From assembly GCA_964247055.1 (NCBI GenBank), contig OZ176051.1, forward strand, positions 868,001 through 932,000: a stretch of 64,000 bases of DNA, given 5' to 3'. Position 1 is the stretch's first letter. Every line of letters starts with the position of its first letter. The position numbers and the translations under genes were made by a program. This DNA comes from Paragordius varius. Lineage: Eukaryota; Animalia; Nematomorpha. Positions 57,634 through 64,000 of this stretch are shown piece after piece. Under the pieces are notes generated by a model that was not told the origin of the DNA, searched no databases, and worked only from the letters and a program-made list of their open reading frames with translations.

Positions 57634-59484
57634 ATATTGGTCAACCGGTGAACAAAATTATTTTTTATACATTCTCTTAGTAAGACTACATCAAAATATA
57701 GAGATAATTTGACAAACTCTTTCATATCTGATTTTTACAACGATACTTTAAAAATAAATGTATAAAACTAGGCGTATCAATAAATAGCATCAATACTCAA
57801 GTTAAATTTTGTCCTTAAAAATCGAATATTGGTCACCGGTGAACAAAATTATTTTTTATACATTCTCTTAGTAGGACTACATCAAAATATAGAGATAGCT
57901 TGGCAAACTGTTTCATATCCGATTTTTACAACGATACTTTAAAAATTAATGTATAAAACTAGTCGCATCAATACTCAAGTTAAACTTTGTCCTTAAAAAT
58001 CGAATATTGGTCACCGATGAACAAAATTATTTTTTATACATTCTCTTAGGAGTACATCAAAATATAGAAATAGTTTGACAAACTCTTTCATATTCGATTT
58101 TTACAACGATACTTTAAAAATTAATGTATTAAACTAGTCGCATCAATACTCAAGCTAAACATTGTCCTTAAAAATCGGATATTGGTCACCGGTGAACAAA
58201 ACTATTTTTTATACATTCTCTTAGTAAGACTACATCAAAATATAGAGATAGTTTGACAAACTCTTTTATATCCGATTTTTACAACGATACTTTAAAAATT
58301 AATGTATAAAACTAGTCGTATCAATAAATCGCATCAATACTCAAGTTAAACTTTCTCCTTAAAAATCGGATATTGGTCACCGGTGAACAAAACTATTTTT
58401 TATACATTCTCTTAGTAAGACTACATCAAAATATAGAGATAGTTTGACAAACTCTTTCATATCCGATTTTTACAACGATATTTAAAAATTAATATATAAA
58501 ACTAGGCGTATCAATAAATCGCATCAATACTCAAGTTAAACTTTGTCCTTAAAAATCGGATATTGGTCACCGGTGAACAAAATTATTTTTTATACATTCT
58601 CTTAGTAAGACTACATCAAAATATAGAGATAATTTGACAAACTCTTTCATATCTGATTTTTACAACGATACTTTAAAAATAAATGTATAAAACTAGGCGT
58701 ATCAATAAATAGCATCAATACTCAAGTTAAATTTTGTCCTTAAAAATCGAATATTGGTCACCGGTGAACAAAATTATTTTTTATACATTCTCTTAGTAGG
58801 ACTACATCAAAATATAGAGATAGCTTGGCAAACTGTTTCATATCCGATTTTTACAACGATACTTTAAAAATTAATGTATAAAACTAGTCGCATCAATACT
58901 CAAGTTAAACTTTGTCCTTAAAAATCGAATATTGGTCACCGGTGAACAAAATTATTTTTTATACATTCTCTTAGGAGTACATCAAAATATAGAAATAGTT
59001 TGACAAACTCTTTCATATTCGATTTTTACAACGATACTTTAAAAATTAATGTATTAAACTAGTCGCATCAATACTCAAGCTAAACATTGTCCTTAAAAAT
59101 CGGATATTGGTCACCGGTGAACAAAACTATTTTTTATACATTCTCTTAGTAAGACTACATCAAAATATAGAGATAGTTTGACAAACTCTTTTATATCCGA
59201 TTTTTACAACGATACTTTAAAAATTAATGTATAAAACTAGTCGTATCAATAAATCGCATCAATACTCAAGTTAAACTTTCTCCTTAAAAATCGGATATTG
59301 GTCACCGGTGAACAAAACTATTTTTTATACATTCTCTTAGTAAGACTACATCAAAATATAGAGATAGTTTGACAAACTCTTTCATATCCGATTTTTACAA
59401 CGATATTTAAAAATTAATATATAAAACTAGGCGTATCAATAAATCGCATCAATACTCAAGTTAAACTTTGTCCTTAAAAATCGG
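57634..59484 (+). repeat. Tandem duplication of a 925-bp 5-mer
   Basis: AAATAGCATC at 57782/58707. Shared ATATCTGA, TTAAATTTTG and GATAGCTTGG. Unit 191+178+175+191+190. Confidence 0.9.
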
Positions 59485-62400
59485 ATATTGGTCACCGGTG
59501 AACAAAATTATTTTTTATACATTCTCTTAGTAAGACTACATCAAAATATAGAAATAGTTTGACCAATTCTTTCATATCCGATTTTTACAACGATACTTAA
59601 TAAAATTAATGTATTAAACTAGTCGCATCAATACTCAAGTTAAACTTTGTCCTTAAAAATCGGATATTGGTCACCGGTGAACAAAATTATTTTATTTACA
59701 TTCTCTTAGTAAGACTACATCAAAATATAGAGTTAGTTTGACAAACTCTTTTATATCCGATTTTTACAACGATACTTTAAAAATTAATGTATAAAACTAG
59801 GCGTATCAATAAATCGCATCAATACTCAAGTTAAACTTTGTCCTTAAAAATCGGATATTGGTCACCGGTGAACAAAATTATTTTTTATACATTCTCTTAG
59901 TAGGACCACATCAAAATATAGAGATAGTTTGGCAAACTCTTTCATATCCGATTTTTACAACGATACTTTAAAAATTAATGTATAAAACTAGTCGCATCAA
60001 TACTCAAGTTAAACTTTGTCTATTAAAAATCGGATATTGGTCACCGGTGAACAAAATTATTTTTTATACATTCTCTTAGTAAGACTACATCAAAATATAG
60101 AAATAGTTTGACAAATTCTTTCATATCCGATTTTTACAACGATACTTTAAAAATTAATGTATTAAACTAGTCGCATCAATACTCAACTTAAACTTTGTCC
60201 TTGAAAATCGGATATTGGTCACCGGTGAACAAAATTATTTTTTATAAATTCTCTTAGCAAGACTACATCAAAATATAGAGATAGTTTGACAAACTTTTTC
60301 ATATCCGATTTTTACATCGATACTTTAAAAATTATGGTATTAAACCAGTCGCATCAATACTCAAGTTAAACATTGTCCTTAAAAATCGGATATTGGTCAC
60401 CGGTGAACAAAACTATTTTTTATACATTCTCTTAGTAAGACTACATCGAAATATAGAGATAGTTTGACAAACTCTTTCATATCCGATTTTTACAACGATA
60501 CTTTAAAAATTAATGTATAAAACTAGTCGTATCAATAAATCGCATCAATACTCAAGTTAAACTTTCTCCTTAAAAATCGGATATTGGTCACCGGTGAACA
60601 AAATTATTTTTTATACATTCTCTTAGTAGGACTACATCAAAATATAGAGATAGTTTGGCAAACTCTTTCATATCCGATTTTTACAACGATATTTAAAAAT
60701 TAATGTATAAAACTAGTCGCATCAATACTCAAGTTAAACTTTGTCCTTAAAAATCGGATATTGGTCACCGGTGAACAAAATTATTTTTTATACATTCTCT
60801 TAGTAAGACTACATCAAAATATAGAGATAGTTTGACAAACTCTTTCATATCCGATTTTTACAACGATATTTAAAAATTAATATATAAAACTAGTCGTATC
60901 AATAAATCGCATACACACTCAAGTTAAACTTTGTCCTTAAAAATCGGATATTGGTCAACCGGTGAACAAAATTATTTTTTATACATTCTCTTAGTAGGAC
61001 TACATCAAAATATAGAGATAGTTTGGCAAACTCTTTCATATCCGATTTTTACAACGATACTTTAAAAATTAATGTATAAAACTAGTCGCATCAATACTCA
61101 AGTTAAACTTTGTCCTTAAAAATGGGATATTGGTCACCGGTGAACAAAATTATTTTTTATACATTCTCTTAGTAGGACTACATCAAAATATAGCAAATAG
61201 TTTGACAAATTCTTTCATATCCGATTTTTACAACGATACTTTAAAAATTAATGTTTTAAACTAGTCGCATAATACTCAACTTAAACTTTGTCCTTAAAAA
61301 TCGGATATTGGTCACCGGTGAACAAAATTATTTCTTATACATTCTCTTAGCAAGACTACATCAAAATATAGAAATAGTTTTACAAATTCTTTCATATCCG
61401 ATTTTTACAACGATACTTTAAAAATTTATGTATTAAACTAGTCGCATCAATACTCAAGTTAAACTTTGTCCTTAAAAATCGTATATTGTTCACCGGTGAA
61501 CAAAATTATTTTTTATACATTCTCTTAGCAAGTCTACATCAAAATATAGAGATAGTTTGACAAACTCTTTCATATCCGATTTTTACAACGATATTTAAAA
61601 ATTAATATATAAAACTAGTCGTATCAATAAATCGCATACACACTCAAGTTAAACTTTGTCCTTAAAAATCGGATATTGGTCAACCGGTGAACAAAATTAT
61701 TTTTTATACATTCTCTTAGTAGGACTACATCAAAATATAGAGATAGTTTGGCAAACTCTTTCATATCCGATTTTTACAACGATACTTTAAAAATTAATGT
61801 ATAAAACTAGTCGCATCAATACTCAAGTTAAACTTTGTCCTTAAAAATCGGATATTGTTCACCGGTGAACAAAATTATTTTTTATACATTCTCTTAGCAA
61901 GACTACATCAAAATATAGAGATAGTTTGACAAATTCTTTCATATCCGATTTTTACAACGATACTTTGTAAATTAATGTATAAAACTAGTCGCATCAATAC
62001 TCAAGTTAAATTTTGTCTATTAAAAATCGGATATTGGTCACCGGTGAACAAAATTATTTTTTATACATTCTCTTAGTAAGACTACATCAAAATATAGAAA
62101 TAGTTTGACAAATTCTTTCATATCCGATTTTTACAACGATACTTTAAAAATTAATGTATTAAACTAGTCGCATCAATACTCAAGTTAAACTTTGTCCTTA
62201 AAAATCGGATATTGGTCACCGGTGAACAAAATTATTTTATTTACATTCTCTTAGTAAGACTACATCAAAATATAGAGATAGTTTGACAAACTCTTTTATA
62301 TCCGATTTTTACAACGATACTTTAAAAATTAATGTATAAAACTAGGCGTATCAATAAATCGCATCAATACTCAAGTTAAACTTTGTCCTTAAAAATCGGA

Positions 62401-64000
62401 TATTGGTCACCGGTGAACAAAATTATTTTTTATACATTCTCTTAGTAGGACTACATCAAAATATAGAGATAGTTTGGCAAACTCTTTCATATCCGATTTT
62501 TACAACGATACTTTAAAAATTAATGTATAAAACCAGTCGCATCAATACTCAAGTTAAACTTTGTCTATTAAAAATCGGATATTGGTCAACCGGTGAACAA
62601 AATTATTTTTTATACATTCTCTTAGTAAGACTATATCAAAATATAGAAATAGTTTGACAAATTCTTTCATATCCGATTTTTACAACGATACTTTAAAAAT
62701 TAATGTATTAAACTAGTCGCATCAATACTCAACTTAAATTGTCCTTGAAAATCGGATATTGGTCACCGGTGAACAAAATTATTTTTTATACATTCTCTTA
62801 GCAAGACTACATCAAAATATAGAGATAGTTTGACAAACTTTTTCATATCCGATTTTTACATCGATACTTTAAAAATTATGGTATTAAACCAGTCGCATCA
62901 ATACTCAAGTTAAACATTGTCCTTAAAAATCGGATATTGGTCACCGGTGAACAAAACTATTTTTTATACATTCTCTTAGTAAGACTACATCGAAATATAG
63001 AGATAGTTTGACAAACTCTTTCATATCCGATTTTTACAACGATACTTTAAAAATTAATGTATAAAACTAGTCGTATCAATAAATCGCATCAATACTCAAG
63101 TTAAACTTTCTCCTTAAAAATCGGATATTGGTCACCGGTGAACAAAATTATTTTTTATACATTCTCTTAGTAGGACTACATCAAAATATAGAGATAGTTT
63201 GGCAAACTCTTTCATATCCGATTTTTACAACGATATTTAAAAATTAATGTATAAAACTAGTCGCATCAATACTCAAGTTAAACTTTGTCCTTAAAAATCG
63301 GATATTGGTCACCGGTGAACAAAATTATTTTTTATACATTCTCTTAGTAAGACTACATCAAAATATAGAGATAGTGTGACAAACTCTTTCATATCCGATT
63401 TTTACAACGATATTTAAAAATTAATATATAAAACTAGTCGTATCAATAAATCGCATACACACTCAAGTTAAACTTTGTCCTTAAAAATCGGATATTGGTC
63501 AACCGGTGAACAAAATTATTTTTTATACATTCTCTTAGTAGGACTACATCAAAATATAGAGATAGTTTGGCAAACTCTTTCATATCCGATTTTTACAACG
63601 ATACTTTAAAAATTAATGTATAAAACTAGTCGCATCAATACTCAAGTTAAACTTTGTCCTTAAAAATGGGATATTGGTCACCGGTGAACAAAATTATTTT
63701 TTATACATTCTCTTAGTAGGACTACATCAAAATATAGCAAATAGTTTGACAAATTCTTTCATATCCGATTTTTACAACGATACTTTAAAAATTAATGTTT
63801 TAAACTAGTCGCATCAATACTCAACTTAAACTTTGTCCTTAAAAATCGGATATTGGTCACCGGTGAACAAAATTATTTCTTATACATTCTCTTAGCAAGA
63901 CTACATCAAAATATAGAAATAGTTTGACAAATTCTTTCATATCCGATTTTTACAACGATACTTTAAAAATTAATGTATAAAACTAGTCGCATCAATACTC
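59485..64000 (+). repeat. Tandem duplication of a ~2545-bp 14-mer (second copy truncated by the window end)
   Basis: Cassette A starts 59664/62209. The ATAGCAAATAG+ATGTTTTAAA monomer starts at 61127/63671 and is followed by the TTTCTTATAC monomer in both copies. Confidence 0.85.

Larger units (their letters stand above)
1..64000 (+). repeat. AT-rich ~178-bp tandem satellite array (about 350 monomers, all in one orientation, running off both window ends); family not identified
   Basis: Consensus ATATTGGTCACCGGTGAACAAAATTATTTTTTATACATTCTCTTAGTAAGACTACATCAAAATATAGARATAGTTTGACAAAYTCTTTCATATCCGATTTTTACAACGATACTTTAAAAATTAATGTATAAAACTAGTCGCATCAATACTCAAGTTAAACTTTGTCCTTAAAAATCGG recurs continuously. 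Monomer starts at 1, 179, 369, 548, 726, 905, 1083, 1274 and so on. No unrelated sequence seen while reading the window. Confidence 0.99.

Noticed and set aside
13720-59484. Length compensation keeping mean monomer length constant across HORs
   Set aside because: Mean lengths differ: 899/5=179.8, 3789/21=180.4, 1463/8=182.9, 739/4=184.8, 925/5=185.
1-64000. Protein-coding ORFs
   Set aside because: Tandem 27% GC repeat dense in TAA/TAG/TGA on both strands, with frame-shifting monomer lengths. No ORF of meaningful length was noticed; a six-frame scan would confirm.
1-64000. CRISPR array (palindromic repeat at regular spacing)
   Set aside because: The sequence between palindromes is itself repeated nearly identically, so there are no unique spacers. 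The period (~178 bp) is too long and no cas genes are present.
1-64000. 5S rDNA, tRNA-derived or telomeric tandem array
   Set aside because: No Pol III box A/B/C, cloverleaf, conserved 5S sequence or telomere motif is recognisable.
1-64000. Transposon insertion or inversion inside the array
   Set aside because: Every stretch read conforms to the monomer in the same orientation. The largest departures are a 22-bp deletion and the 13-bp insertion.

Overview
The whole 64 kb window is one uninterrupted, head-to-tail, single-orientation satellite DNA array. It holds roughly 350 monomers of a ~178-bp unit (49/178 = 27.5% GC by hand count of the consensus). There are no coding genes, RNA genes, CRISPR spacers, transposon insertions or strand switches that I can support. 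Monomers fall into short (173-179 bp) and long (187-192 bp) classes; the long class carries a 13-bp internal duplication. Diagnostic SNPs and indels reveal layered higher-order structure. It includes a homogeneous 899-bp 5-mer HOR at ~40.6-48.2 kb with an alternating 1798-bp 10-mer superperiod, and a 3789-bp 21-mer tandem duplication. There is also a ~2.7-2.9 kb triplicated block, several 4- to 14-mer duplications, and two 8-mer cassettes dispersed across the window. Each monomer carries a near-perfect 18-bp palindrome, shorter dyads, and a 14-bp motif present once in each orientation. Monomer size and organisation fit a eukaryotic (peri)centromeric or heterochromatic satellite, but I cannot name the family or species, and centromere function is only an inference. 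All coordinates and periods were counted by hand and may be off by 1-2 bp.
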